From Azolla caroliniana (lineage: Eukaryota > Plantae > Polypodiophyta): a DNA stretch of 64,000 nt. The position numbers and the translations under genes were made by a program. This document shows, piece after piece, positions 1 through 13,300 of this stretch. Location of the stretch: positions 12,462,001 to 12,526,000 of the forward strand of contig JBHGNT010000017.1 in assembly GCA_043228905.1 (NCBI GenBank), in the 5' to 3' direction. Under the pieces are notes generated by a model that was given only the letters and a program-made list of their open reading frames with translations, had not been told where the DNA came from and did no database searches. Position 1 is the stretch's first letter. Each line of letters begins with the position of its first letter.

Positions 1-428
1 CAGTTGTAAATAGCCCCAAAGTCATATATGTATAAATATGACTTAGGGCAAACAGTTTTACTGTTGCTACTCATTTTTCTGTTTTTCCACTCAAGAGGAG
101 TGAAGAGAGAGAGCAGCCGTGAGAGAGAGAGAGAGATAGAGCGCGAGAGAGGAAGAGGACGACGCCTCTATGTATTTCCGCCGCCTGTGGCGAGGACAGC
201 GAGCTCAAGGTCGTCGCCTTGGAGCTCGTCACTGTATACTTCTCTTTGTATAGTGTTGTTAGGAGTCTTGTACTCCCGTGGTTTTTCCCATCTAGGGTTT
301 TCCACGTTAATCTCTGTGTACTCGTGTGTTTCTCCTTTTTTTTTGGTTTCTATTTTCTGCTGCATTGATCCGCGATTACTAGGTTGTGGCTGAGCGAAGA
401 AGGTTAATCGAAGCATCGATTCCCAACA
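1..428 (+). repeat. 5' LTR (partial) of Copia 1-5156
   Basis: Ends TCCCAACA at 428. Matches 4729-5156 with one substitution seen (ctat/ctgt). Confidence 0.96.
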
Positions 429-431
429 AAC

Positions 432-443
432 TGGTATCAGAGC
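432..443 (+). promoter_or_regulatory. Primer binding site, tRNA-iMet
   Basis: TGGTATCAGAGC 3 nt after the LTR end. Confidence 0.95.
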
Positions 444-457
444 GACTGTTGCAGAAA

Positions 458-3400
458 ATGGAAGGCGGCGGCAGCGGGCAGCCGATGATGATGGTGCTGA
501 ATGCACAGAATTACGCCGACTGGAAGATCAAGATGGAGGATCTTCTGATTGTTCGGGACCTGTACGAACCGATTGACAGGTCGGAAATACCGAAAGGGGT
601 ACTTGAGTCGGAGTGGAAGCTCCTGAACCGGAAAGCCGTAGCGACGATCCGACAATATGTCGATGTAAGCGTCCTACAACATGTGGCGAATGATACCAAC
701 GCATATGAGATGTGGAAGAAGCTGTCGGGCCTCTACGAGAGGAAGAATGCGTTGAACCGGACCTCCCTGATGAGGAAGATAGTGAACCTCAAGTACCGGG
801 ACGGCGAGAGTATGGTCGAACACGTAAGCACGTTCATGGGATTCGTGAATCAGCTTGCGGCGATCAAGTTCCCGTTGGAGGATGCAATGCAAGCCATCAT
901 CCTGATGTGTACATTGCCAGAAAGCTGGGAGAACTTGGTGGTGACTCTCAGCACCTCCTGCACCGAAGATAACTTGTCCTTACAAACGGTAAAGACAAGT
1001 ATTTTGAATGAAGAAGCGCGTCGGAGAGATAAGGAACCGACCTCCGACCCGAAGATGTTGTTTACCGAATCGGATCGGGGAAGACAATGGAACCGGAGTC
1101 CGCAAAGACGGGAGAAGTCGGGGACCCGGTCGCAGTCAAGAGGAAGACCCACATGCTTCCACTGTGGGAAGCCGGGGCACTTCCGAAAGAACTGTCGGCA
1201 TTACCGAAAAGACAACGGAGCCGACGACACCGATTCGAAGAAGTCACCGGAGAGAAACGGTGCATACCGGGGAGCCACGGACCGGAGAGGTTCGGATCGG
1301 CGAGGGCAGGACCGGAAAGGAACAACGGCACTCGCGGCAAGTGAGGAAGAAATCATGCTCATCACCGAAGAAGGAGAGCTAAACATTGCCGGCGATGAGA
1401 CGACCTGGGTGGTCGATTCCGGAGCATCGTTCCACCTGACCCCGGAGAGAAGATACTTCTCATCCTACACAGCCGGTGAGCATGGCTGTGTTCGGATGGG
1501 AAATGAGGGTACGTGCCGGATTGCCAGCATAGGAGACGTGTGGTTGACTACCCCGACCGGATGCAAAATGCTGCTGAAGGATGTCCGACACGTTCCGGAG
1601 GTTCGATTGAACCTGATTTCGGCCGGGAGGCTAGACGATGAAGGCTACACGGGTAGCATCCGGAACGGTGTCATGAAGTTCAGCAAGGGGAGCCTGATAG
1701 TGGCTCGGGCCCGGAAGGTCAACACTCTATACCTGATTAATGCCCGGTTATGTCCGGAAGAGCTGAATGTGGCAGCCGACACTGCCGGTGAGCTGTGGCA
1801 CAAGAGACTGTGCCACATGAGCGAGAAGGGGATGAAGAGGCTTGCAGAAGACAACCTCATTCCAGTGAAGCATGTGCACCTGGAGAAGTGCACCGATTGC
1901 CTGGCCGGTAAGCAGAACCGAACCTCCTTCCACTCAAGGCCACCGACGAGACGTAGCGCACCATTGGAGTTGGTGCACACCGACGTGTGTCAGGTAGAAA
2001 CGAAGTCACATGGCGGAGCCCAGTACTTCGTAACATTCATAGATGATCACAGCCGAAGACTGTGGACGGCACCGTTGAAGACAAAGGACCAAGTATTGTC
2101 CGTCTTCAAAGAACTCCACGCGAGAGTGGAAAGGGAATCCGGTAAGAAGCTGAAAGCGATACGAGCGGATAACGGAGGGGAATACTGAGGGCAGTTTCAG
2201 GAGTACTGTCGCTCGAAGGGAATCCGACTCGAGTTTACTGTGCCGAAGACGCCGGAACTGAACGGGCTGGCCGAGAGGATGAACCGGACCATAATGGAGA
2301 GGGTCCGGAGTATGCTGGCGCATGCGAAATTACCCAAGGGATTTTGGGCTGAGGCAATGTCGACGGCGACGTACGTGATAAATAGATCACCCTCAGTACC
2401 TTTGGACGGAGACTCGCCGCAGAAAGTGTGGACCGGTAAGGAAGTGTCCTACCGGCATCTGAAGGTGTTCGGGTGTCTCGCATACGTGCATGTGGCAAAG
2501 GACCGGAGAGGAAAGCTAGATCCGAAGACCCGGCCATGCATATTCCTCGGTTACGGCGATGACGAGTTCGGCTACCGAGTATGGGACCCGGTCGACAAGA
2601 AGATATTCCGGAGTCGTGATATCATCTTCATGGAGAACAAGACACTCGCCGACTGGGAGTCGGAGAAGAAGATGAAGAGCTCCAAGTCGACCGGTGAGGA
2701 TCAACTCTACGAGGAGCAGTCCCGACCGGCAAGGGACCGGTTAACACTCGAGGATCCGGCCGAAGACGGTGAAGAAACAGAACCGGCCGAAGAAGATGAA
2801 AACGATACCGGAACCGGCCCCGATCCCGAAATGGATTCGGATGAAGAAGAATCGGAAGAACCGGTTACCGAAGCTCCGGAACGGAGTTATCCTCTAAGAG
2901 AGAGAAGGCCCCCCCGGAGATTTCCGGAACCAGAGCACGTGCTGCTAACCGACGAGGGTGAGCCGGAGAGCTTTGAAGAAGCAAAGCATGACACCCAGAG
3001 CCGCAGGTGGTTGAGTGCCATGCAGGACGAGATGGATTCCCTGCATGAGAACCTCACATATGAGCTTGTGGAGTTGCCGAAAGGAAAGCGGGCACTCCGT
3101 AACAAGTGGGTGTTCAAGCTGAAACCGGGAGATGCCGGAAACCCCCGAGATACAAAGCCAGGATCGTGGTGAAGGGGTTTCAGCAGAAGAAGGGCGTTGA
3201 CTTCGACGAGATATTTGCCCCGGTAGTGAAGATGACCTCTATCCGGACGGTGCTGAGCATAGCGGCAAGCATGGACCTCGAGGTAGAACAAATGGACGTG
3301 AAGACGGCATTCCTTCACGGTGACCTCGATGAAGAGATCTACATGCAGCAACCGGAAGGATTCGAGAAGAAAGGGAAGGAGCACCTGGTATGCCGATTGC

Positions 3401-4530
3401 AGAAGAGCCTTTACGGACTGAAGCAGGCTCCCCGGCAATGGTACCGGAAGTTCGACTCCTTCATGACCGATGAAGGGTACCTCAAAACGCAGTCCGACCA
3501 TTGTGTGTTTGTGAAGAAGTTCGAAGGAGGAGACTTTCTAATACTCCTCCTGTACGTGGACGACATGTTGATCGTCGGACGGGACCAGGTCAAGATACGG
3601 ATGCTGAAGAAGGCTCTTCACCGAACCTTCTCAATGAAGGACTTGGGTCCGGCGAGACAAATCCTAGGGATGCACATCATCCGGGACCGGAAGAAGAAGC
3701 AGTTGTGGCTGTCACAGGAGAAGTACGTGACGAAGGTGCTTCACCGGTTCAACATGTCGGAAGCAAGACCGGTCGGATCGACCCTCCCGGCAAACTGCAT
3801 GCTGTCCAGCAAGCAAAGTCCCAAGACAAAGGCTGAAAAGGAGGATATGATGAAAGTGCCGTATGCCTCAGCCGTCGGGAGCTTGATGTACGCCATGGTG
3901 TGTACGAGACCGGACATAGGATATGCAGTCGGAGTGGTGAGCCGGTACATGAGCAATCCCGGCAGAGAGCATTGGAACGCGGCCAAGTGGATACTCCGAT
4001 ACCTGAAGGGCACGGCAAACGTGTGCCTCCGATTCGGCTCCGGTAAGCCCGAACTCGACGGCTTCACCGATTCGGATATGTCGGCTGATGCAGATACCAG
4101 CCGGTCCACATCAGGGTATGTGATGACGTATGCAGGGGGAGCTGTTTCATGGCAGTCGAGGCTGCAGAAGACGGTTGCATTGTCAACCACGGAGGCGGAG
4201 TACATGGCGGCTGTTGAAGCCGGCAAGGAAATAATATGGATGAAGGACTTCATTAGAGAGCTTGGTATCCGACAGGAGGAGTACCGACTCTACTGCGACA
4301 GTCAGAGTGCAATCCACCTTGCGAAGAACGCGGCCTATCACTCCCGGACGAAGCACATCCAGCGAAGATATCACTGGATCCGGGAAAGGATAGAAGACAA
4401 GGAGTTCGTGCTGACAAAGATCCACACGGACGAGAACGGGTCGGATATGCTGACCAAGGTCCTCACACCCGACAAGCTGGAAGCATGCCGGAAGAGGATC
4501 GGATTGGAGAGACATCCCATGCCGAAGTGA
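458..4530 (+). pseudogene. gag-pol: Copia gag-pol polyprotein with one premature stop and one frameshift
   Basis: CFHCGKPGHFRKNC knuckle, WVVDSGASFH protease, HKRLCH..CTDC and DNGGEY integrase, [17 protein letters not shown] RNase H. TGA at 2186-2188 and a 1-nt frameshift near 3142-3146. Confidence 0.95.
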
Positions 4531-4540
4531 AGGGGGAGTT

Positions 4541-5156
4541 TGTTGGGATTTCGGTCCCTTCGGATGGGATAGGGTTTAGTCGGAGACGAATGCCGACAAG
4601 CCTGGTTTCGGTTTCGGATCCGGATGACGAAGACCCCGGCTTCGGTGCCGGATGACGAATGTACCCGGAGAGCGATCCGGATGCAGGGACATATCCGTGA
4701 ATATGTTCGCTATGGGCCCCTGAGGCCACAGTTGTAAATAGCCCCAAAGTCATATATGTATAAATATGACTTAGGGCAAACAGTTTTACTGTTGCTACTC
4801 ATTTTTCTGTTTTTCCACTCAAGAGGAGTGAAGAGAGAGAGCAGCCGTGAGAGAGAGAGAGAGATAGAGCGCGAGAGAGGAAGAGGACGACGCCTCTGTG
4901 TATTTCCGCCGCCTGTGGCGAGGACAGCGAGCTCAAGGTCGTCGCCTTGGAGCTCGTCACTGTATACTTCTCTTTGTATAGTGTTGTTAGGAGTCTTGTA
5001 CTCCCGTGGTTTTTCCCATCTAGGGTTTTCCACGTTAATCTCTGTGTACTCGTGTGTTTCTCCTTTTTTTTTGGTTTCTATTTTCTGCTGCATTGATCCG
5101 CGATTACTAGGTTGTGGCTGAGCGAAGAAGGTTAATCGAAGCATCGATTCCCAACA
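4541..5156 (+). repeat. 3' LTR (616 bp) of Copia 1-5156
   Basis: TGTTGGGA...TCCCAACA perfect 8-bp terminal inverted repeat, preceded by the PPT. Confidence 0.96.
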
Positions 5157-5914
5157 GAATGGAGATCCTTTTAGAAAGGCACATCTATTCAAGGGGACTA
5201 GGAAAGGCTTAGCTACCCTCATAATCACATTACGTCGGAAGGTTGCTATCTTAGACACCGGTGGTGCGGGCTAGGCTTTCGTCTCGACGATCGTGTTTAT
5301 CTCTTCCAAGGTATTAGTCATCCTAATATCCGGCGGTATGGGACGTCGGTGGTAGGTTGGCTATGTCTAGATCATAGCTTGGGGGTGGTCGGGTGGAACA
5401 TGTTCTTCTATCCATTCTATTTTCCTTCTTTTACTTTAGTTTTGTCTATTGATTAGTAATAGACTCTTAATAGTGGTATCAGAGCATTTACTAACAATTT
5501 TTTTGTTGTTTTGATGTTTTTTGCGTGTGAGGGATGGGGATCTAACAAGGCTCGTCATGCTCTTCATAGGATCAAAACAACATTCTTAACCTGGTATTCT
5601 TCTTTCTCGATCTCTCTTTTCTTTTTCTATGATGCTTTCTTCTTGGTCATATGGAAGTGGTATTACATTTTCTTTTCTTTTCTTTCTTCTTTCTACCATC
5701 ATACGATGTTAATCTACTTATGCATTGGGTCGAGCGTGTTTGTACTAATCGCACATGCTCAACTCATGGCCCTTTTGCATATTGCAATGAATCTCCCACT
5801 CTCCCCTCTCTTGAGCCATCTCTTATGATAATAATTACTCTTGTGCATTGGGTTGAGTGTGTTTGCCCTAATCGCACACACTCACCTCATGGCCCTTTTG
5901 CATATGATGTTGAG

Positions 5915-6160
5915 TATGCCACTCTTCCCTTTATTGAGCCATCACTTGGCTGATTCTATGGGATGTTGTGGTCTCGACGAGGTGTATGTCGCCTACTTAT
6001 GCCACTCTACTCTCTATTGAGTCGTCACTTGGCCGATTCTATGGGATGTTGTGGTCTTGACGAGGTGTATGTCGCCTACCTATGCCACTCTACTCTCTAT
6101 TGAGTTATCACTTGGCCGATTCTATGGGATGTGGTGGTCTTGAGGAGCTGCATGTCAATT
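5915..6160 (+). repeat. About three tandem 83-bp units in the Gypsy 5' leader
   Basis: tatgccactct...gtcgcctac recurs at 5915, 5998 and 6081. A related ~120-bp duplication lies at 5721-5945. Confidence 0.85.
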
Positions 6161-7161
6161 ACCCTAGGGTTTCTTACCTTAAGGTATGCTTAATGTTTCA
6201 TACACCTAATTGATTATTATTCTAATTAAATTTCTAATTACACAATTTTTCGTTTCACTTTGGTATGATTAAATTCTAGTAATTCTCATTTACCCACCCA
6301 CAATTAACTCTCATTTTCCCCTTCCTTTTCATGTTTAAAGTATTATGTGCGTTTACCTATGATGTAATGCTTCCGTGTAGACTATTTTTTTGTATTGAGT
6401 GGGCATCATGCCCTTTATTGAACTATTTTTGTCCAACGGCTCATCTAGACTTAACTCATATTATCGAGCCTTAGAACTCGAGTAAAACCACATGAGTTCC
6501 CCTATTGATATTTTACTCATAGATTAGAGTATTACATCTTTGCTCACAACAGCACCACTACTTGTATCAATTTGTGGCTTATGTCACAATTGTGCAAATT
6601 ACAACCACCATATTGGGATGGATAGGTGCATACATCGCAAATCCATTTATTGGTGGTATTTGTTTTTAGTAGACAACGCATGGTTTTTGAACCTTGTTTT
6701 CGTCACTTCTTGACTCTTATATATAGTGACTTCTTTTTCTCTTTTTTTCATAACATTTGCTTGCTACTCGCAAGACTACAATATTACTTGTGAGTGCACT
6801 TGTTTTTTCACATAATACACTTTCTCGACCATATCAATAGATGTTGGGTTGGCATTCTAATATAAGGCTAACTAGAAAGCTACATTGATGTTAGAACCAT
6901 GGTTGAGCCTCGGGGAGCCGCCATGATTATTCAAGATAGAGATCCGAGAAAGACATCTTAGCTATGTTTTCCCCCATGGTTTTTAAAACAACATAGTGTT
7001 ACCATAGTTATCGGATCTCGAATCACATCTCATATGTCTAGAGGGGTAAAGATGTGAGATGTTTTCTTAGTAAAATTCTTACAATCAAAATTTCAAGCAT
7101 TCATTTTGCTTGTGTATTTTTTGAACCTCCTTATTTATATTGCATACCCACAGCTTGCATC

Positions 7162-10100
7162 ATGGAACAAGTTTTGAATGTTGTTGGTGCAATCTCTCCG
7201 ACTGAGACCTCTCAACTCCAATCCGCATCTCGCACACAAGCTGAGATCACTATTGAGCAATTGCTCATTACTACCTTGAATCAACTAGCCGAAATGAGGC
7301 AGGCCAATATGGCATTTGAAAAGAAATTCCTAGAATTGACTATTGAGTCCAAGAAAGAAGGTGAGCCTTCTTTCTTAGTAACGCCATTCAAGGGAGATAG
7401 GAAAGAACCGAGGAGGCCATTAGCACTTGGCTTGGTCGTTGGGAGTCTCACTTTGAGCTCCACCCCAAGCCCGATGTTGTAAAAATTGGTTACGTCGGTT
7501 GTGAGTTAGGTGGCCGAGCTGCTACTTGGTGGCACATCCTAAGGACTGCAAAGAACTTACCCACAACTTGGGAAGGTTTCATTGATGTTTTTAAGAAACA
7601 GTTTTTGCAGCCACCTTCTCAAACTGAACAAGCGCAACACTTGCTCACGTTCTCGAGTAAGTCATTTACCTCTCTCGAGGATTATGTGCATCATGCTCGG
7701 ACCCAGATCCAAAAATCAGGACTTACGGGTGAGAAATTGTTTGTTGCTTGCTTTTTGAATGGTATTCCTAATGGGGATTACCATTGGATTGTCCATGACA
7801 AGGACCCCACAAATTTTGAGGATGCAGTCATTATTATACTTCGGTACCATAGGACTTCCAAGAAAGACCACAATAAACTTGAGTTCGCCAAAACTCCGAA
7901 TGTCAAGTTCATTGGGAAATATAAGCAATCCAATGACACTCTTGACCGCGACTCTAGGAAACCTAAGCTCTTTTGTGCATATTGCAAGAAGCGGAGCCAC
8001 ACAAAGGATACCTGTCATCATCTTGAGAGGAAGTCAATGAACACCCCTCCTCAAGACAAATCTACGAGTCACATAAGTGAGTCTTTTGATGTTGTTGAAG
8101 TTCATACCAACCACTTAAGTTCATGTGAATGCACTTTTCCTTCACATTTACTTGGACCTAATGATTTATTCCAAGCATTTAGGTATATCAATGGAACACA
8201 AGCACATTTCTTGTTTGATTCCGGTAGTTCTCACAATTTTCTTAATGATCATTTTGTGCAGCAAATGGAACTCCACATAAACGCAAGTGATCATGTCTAT
8301 CAAGTTCACATGGCAAACGAAAGTGTTCAATACATCAGTGGCATTGTTTGACAACTGCCAATTCAAATAGATACCTATTTGGAGAAGCTTGACTTTCATG
8401 TTATGAAACTACTATCCGCAAATGTCATTTTAGGATACCCTTGGTTTTTTAATAAAACCCCTTCTTTGTCCATTGATTGGGTTAATCACTCAATCACATT
8501 TGTAACTTAATAATTGTAAACATTTTATTCAATGTTCCAAACTTCCTTCTCGTTCACTTGTGTCTTCTAAATCTTTAAGTGAGTATTCAAGTTCATTAAT
8601 TTATTCGTGTGTAATTAATCTTGCGCTGCAATTTTATAATTTTAATATTAACGCCACACAATTACCACATTATGAATAGCGATTACTCAACTCTATTTTA
8701 GAAGATTTTCAAGACGTGTTTCCTAACGAATTGCCACTTACTTTACCACCAAAACGTAATGTGGACCATCAAATTGAACTCATTCCTGGGGTTGCTCCTG
8801 TGAGCATTCCACCTTACCAACTTAGTTGATTAGAAGAGGATGAGATCGCTGAACAACTTAAGGAATACTTGAGTATGGGCCACATTAGGTATAGTAAATC
8901 ACCTTGGGGTGCGCTAGTTCTATTAGTTAAGAAGAAGGAAGGTTCATGGCGAATATGTATCAATTATCGCCATTTGAATAAAATGACAATAACAAATGCA
9001 TATCCATTACCTTGTGCCGATGATTTGATTGATTGTTTCCATGGGGCCCGATATTTTACGAAAATTGACTTACGAATAGGTTATCATCATATTCGCATTG
9101 CCAAGGATGATATTCCTAAAACCGATTTTCGTACGCGCTATGGCCATTATGAGTTTTTAGTCATGCCTTTCAGGTTGACTAATGCTACAGTCACATTCCA
9201 ATAAGCGATGAATGACATTTTCCGAGATCAACTCGGTGATTTTGTTGTCGTCTTCTTGGATGATATTTTGATATATAGTTGTACCTTACAAGATCATGTT
9301 CAACATGTTCAATTTGTTTTGAAAAAGTTGTGTGACAACTCTTTCTATGCAAAACATTCAAAATGTGATTTTTTCTACAAATCTATTGTGTACTTAGGTC
9401 ATTTAATTATAGAAAATGGTGTTGAAATTGAACCTTCTCGTATTGCAAAGGTTAAACTTTGGCCCATTCCTCATAATATTCGTGAACTGTGATCATTCTT
9501 AGGGTTTGTTGGATTTTTACGAAAATCAATTCGTAACTATTCCAAATTGACTATGCCATTAACTAACCTTTTAAAAGGTCATCCACGTATGTCTATCAAA
9601 CCAATTGCGTAGAATGAACAACTTGACAAATCATTTGAGACACTCAAAGAGCATGTGTGTTAGGCTCCCACTCTTCTATTACCGGACCCTTCTAAGCCTT
9701 TCTCAATCGAAACCGATGCTAGTGATTATGCTATTGGATTTGTTCTTTATCAAGGGGGTCACCCTATTGCTTTTGAAAGTAAGAAGCTTGATGCTGCTCA
9801 ATCTCGGTATTCAGTTCAAGAGAAAGAGTTGTTTGCGGTAATACATGCACTTAGAACATGGAGGCACTATCTCTATGGAAATAAATTTGTGGTTACAACA
9901 GACCATCAATCATTGAAGTATTTCTTTGACCAGCCAGATCTTGTTGGTCGTAAAGGTCGTTGGGTTGACCTTATGTAAGATTTTGATTTTTCCATACGGT
10001 ATCGCAAGGGTTCTATGAACACTATTGCGGATGCTCTTAGCCGCATTAAAGAATTTAACATGATTAGCTTCACGGAAATAAAATCGGATCTTTTAGATCA

Positions 10101-10953
10101 GCTTCGAGGGAAATACCTTGATGACATTTATTTTTCGAAATACTGGACGAAAGCCGAATCTAGTTTAGATGTCGATACTAGCACCCTACCCTCGAAGGCG
10201 ACCTTTCACATTACAAACGGTTTGCTCTACCATAGTGGAAAGGTCTGTGTTCCAGATTTACCAAATGTAAAACAGAAAATTCTTCATGAATGTCATGATA
10301 CACCATCTACTGGTCATCCTAGAATACAACGCACACTCGTTCTCATCTCGAGTACTTTTTTTTGGCCTAAGATGCACTCTGATGTGCATAAATATGTAAC
10401 TCAATGTTTACAATGTCAGATTAATAAGTCGGAACGACTTAAAGCTGCTGGTCTTTTACATCCCCTAGATATTCCCAACAACAAATGGGAAAGTATCTCG
10501 ATGGATTTTATTGTTAGTTTACCTCGTACACAGAGGGGTCATGATGCCATTTGGGTTGTCGTTGACAGACTAACAAAATTGGCTAGATTTATTCCTACCA
10601 AAACCGCGGTAATCGCTCAACACTTGGCTTATCAATTTGTTCATGAGTTATTTCGTTTTGATGGATATTGTTAGTGATCGAGATTCCAAGTTTACTAGTG
10701 ACTTTTGGACTAAGGTCTTTAAGAAACTAGAAACTACATTGAGCATGAGTTTCGCAGATCATCCTGAATCTGATGGACAAACTGAACGAGTTAATCAAAT
10801 TATTCAGGACATGTTTCGAGCTTATGTAGCAAAAACCCCTTCTAAGTGGGAGCAATACCTTCCTATATTAGAATTTGCCTATAATAGCTCTAAACATACA
10901 TCCACTGGATATAGTCCTTTTATGTTGATGTATGGTTTTCAGCCACGTGCCCC
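7162..10953 (+). pseudogene. Degenerate chromovirus-type gag-PR-RT-RH-INT
   Basis: ORF fragments 7054-7482, 7605-8351, 8869-9492, 10015-10674 and 10637-~10953 in Gypsy domain order. Confidence 0.88.
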
Positions 10954-11260
10954 AGAGGGAAATCAGATCGATTTTGATGGACTCCCGAAAGCCACTTCGA
11001 CCGAACTTCCAAAAGGGCAGCATGAAGAACCTCCTAGAGGAGGAGATTGCGGCAAAAAGAAATTCTGCCACGACTACGAGAGTACATGTGGGGGAAACAT
11101 CTAGATCCACGTCGTCTTTCTGGCCGGAATTGCTAGAAATCTCCGAGAAAACCGACTCTGATGAGATCCGAAGCACTGCAAAAGGCATCCGAGAGGCTAA
11201 GGGATGGGAGTGCCCCATAGACAAGAATAGCGTTAACGCGCTATGTCAATTACAGTCAAC
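10954..11260 (+). pseudogene. Orphan gag fragment of the Trp-primed Gypsy family
   Basis: MDSRKPLRPNFQKGSMK...GWECPIDKNSVNALCQL is colinear with gag at ~56780-57080. Confidence 0.85.
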
Positions 11261-11700
11261 AGAATCCCTGATCAGGAAAAACCACGTGAGCCCACAAAAT
11301 CCAATTATCACTATGAGAGAGGAAGGGTACAATGGGAGAGTCGGCTCTATCTTCGCCTACCGGCGGTTACAACAGAAAATACTTTCTGTTTCTCTCTCTC
11401 TCACTTTCTCTCTCTGTACAACTCAAATTCTCACACAAAGAATGATCACCAAACCCTATCATATTTTCCCTAAGTTATATTTATACTTATATAACTTACG
11501 GGCTATTTACAAATGCGGCCTCAACGGCCCATAAGAAACATAAATACAAATCTGTCTCTCTTCACGGTTCATACTAGATCCGGTCGGACCCCTTCCGGGT
11601 CCATCCGATCTGGTTTCCGGATATCCATCTGGTCGCTCTGATAATTGTCACTCTTCTTCAGCTTCTTTGATCCATGTCTGGAGGGACTAATATCTCAACA
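11261..11700 (-). repeat. Truncated Copia LTR in inverted orientation, related to LTR 4541-5156
   Basis: The reverse complement starts TGTTGAGATA and shares the TTGTAAATAGCCC...TATAAATAT..CTTAGGG and CGTGGTTTTTCC blocks. Confidence 0.8.
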
Positions 11701-13300
11701 CGTAAGACTAGTCGAACCGACATAGTCGGCTGGTCGGAAACAGGCAGTCGGCACAACCGAATCTGAGTCAATTGACTCGGAGCAACCGACCAATACATAT
11801 GAGTCGGAGTTAGCAAGTCTAGTGAAGTCAGTCGAGGAATATGAGTCGGAGTCGGCTAACCCTAAGCAACCGATCGACATGTTTGAACCCGAGCCAACTG
11901 AAGAGTCGGTAGGAACATCCAAACCAGAGCCTACAACGGGTGGAACGAGATACCCATTAAGAGAAAGGAGAGCACCGACTACATATGTTAGTCAATACAT
12001 CCTCTTGATTGATGACGGTGAGCTTGAGTGCCATGATGAAGCCATTGGCGATGAGCACAAGGAGAAAGGGTTGACTGCAATACAAGATGAGATGAACTCC
12101 TTGCATGAGAAATACACTTATGACCTATTAGCGCTACCTAAAGGTAAGAGATCACTCAAGAATAAATGGGTCTAGAAGGTGAAGAATGGAGAAGTCGAGT
12201 GTAGGAGTTTAGGTATTGTGGTGAAGGGGTTTCAACAGAAAAAGGGTGGTGACTTTGACGAGATATTTGCTCCAGTCGTGAAGATGACATCCATCCAAAC
12301 TATTCTGAGCATAGCTGCCAACAGTTGGATGTCAAAACAACATTCTTGCATGGGGAGCTCGACGAAGAAATCTATAGGCTTTGTAGAGAAAGGGAAAGAG
12401 AACCTGGTGTGTCAACTGAAGAAATGCTTGTATGGTCTGAAACAAGATCCACGCCAGTGGTACGAGAAGTTCAAGTCCTTCGTGATGGAACATATGCTCC
12501 AGAAATCATAGGTTGATCATTGTGTCTTCGTCAAGAGGTATGATGAAGGAGACTTCTTGATTCTCTTATTATATGTGGATGACATGTTGATAGTCGGACA
12601 AGACACAGAAAGAATCGTGAGCTTGAAGAAAGCTTTAGGCAAGCCATTTGCTATGAAAGATCTTGGACCGGCTAAACCGATCTTCAAGATGCACATAGTT
12701 CAAGATAGAAGTAAGAAAGAGTTGTGGTTGTCACAAGAGAAATATCTGACAAAGATCTTGCAGAGGTTCAACATGTCGGAAGCTAAGCCATTCAGAAGCT
12801 AAGCCAGTCGGCTCTATATTACCAATTCAGACATCTCAGGGGATGTAGACTCAAATCGATCCACTTCTGGATACGTGATGACCTATGCAAGGGGAGCAGT
12901 ATCATGGCAGTCTAGACTGTAGAAGTCTGTGCCCTTGTCGACCACACAGTAAGAGTATATGGCCGCGGTATAGGCCGAAAAAGAGCTGATATGGATGAGA
13001 AATGTTTTTAATTAGTTGGGGATGAAGCAAAAGAATTCTTACTTCATTATGACAGCCAGAGTGCCAAACATCTAGCCAAGAATACTACTTACCACTCTCG
13101 AACCAAGCATATACAAAGGAGGTATCACTTGTTGCGGGAGAAAGTGGATGAGGGTCAGTTCACCCTTGTGAAGATCTATACTGATGACAATGGATCTGAC
13201 ATGCTCACCAAAAACCTACCAATGGACAGACTCAGACTCTACCCACAAAGGACGAGACTAGTTGACTCCCTCCCACAGGTGTGAAGGGGGAGTTTGTTAG

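Larger units (their letters stand above)
1..5156 (+). mobile_element. Ty1/copia LTR retrotransposon, Tnt1/Tto1-like (Tork/TAR-type), young; 5' LTR starts before the window
   Basis: 1-428 is repeated at 4729-5156. Met PBS at 432-443, gag-PR-INT-RT-RH domain order, PPT AGGGGGAG before 4541. Confidence 0.97.
5157..10953 (+). mobile_element. Decayed Ty3/gypsy element (chromovirus-type), truncated in integrase
   Basis: LTR remnant, then Met PBS at 5474-5485 and a long leader. gag with CAYCKKRSHTKDTC, protease [30 protein letters not shown] and FLDD, RNase H, integrase SISMDFIVSLP and GQTERVNQ. Many stops. Confidence 0.9.

Noticed and set aside
28-393. 121-aa hydrophobic ORF duplicated at 4756-5121, a possible env-like or membrane protein
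   Set aside because: It lies wholly in the LTR and arises from GA- and T-rich tracts. The duplication is just the LTR pair.
10900-11104. Chromodomain or novel C-terminus on the chromovirus integrase
   Set aside because: The apparent tail is out-of-frame read-through into the foreign gag fragment. The element is truncated before any chromodomain.
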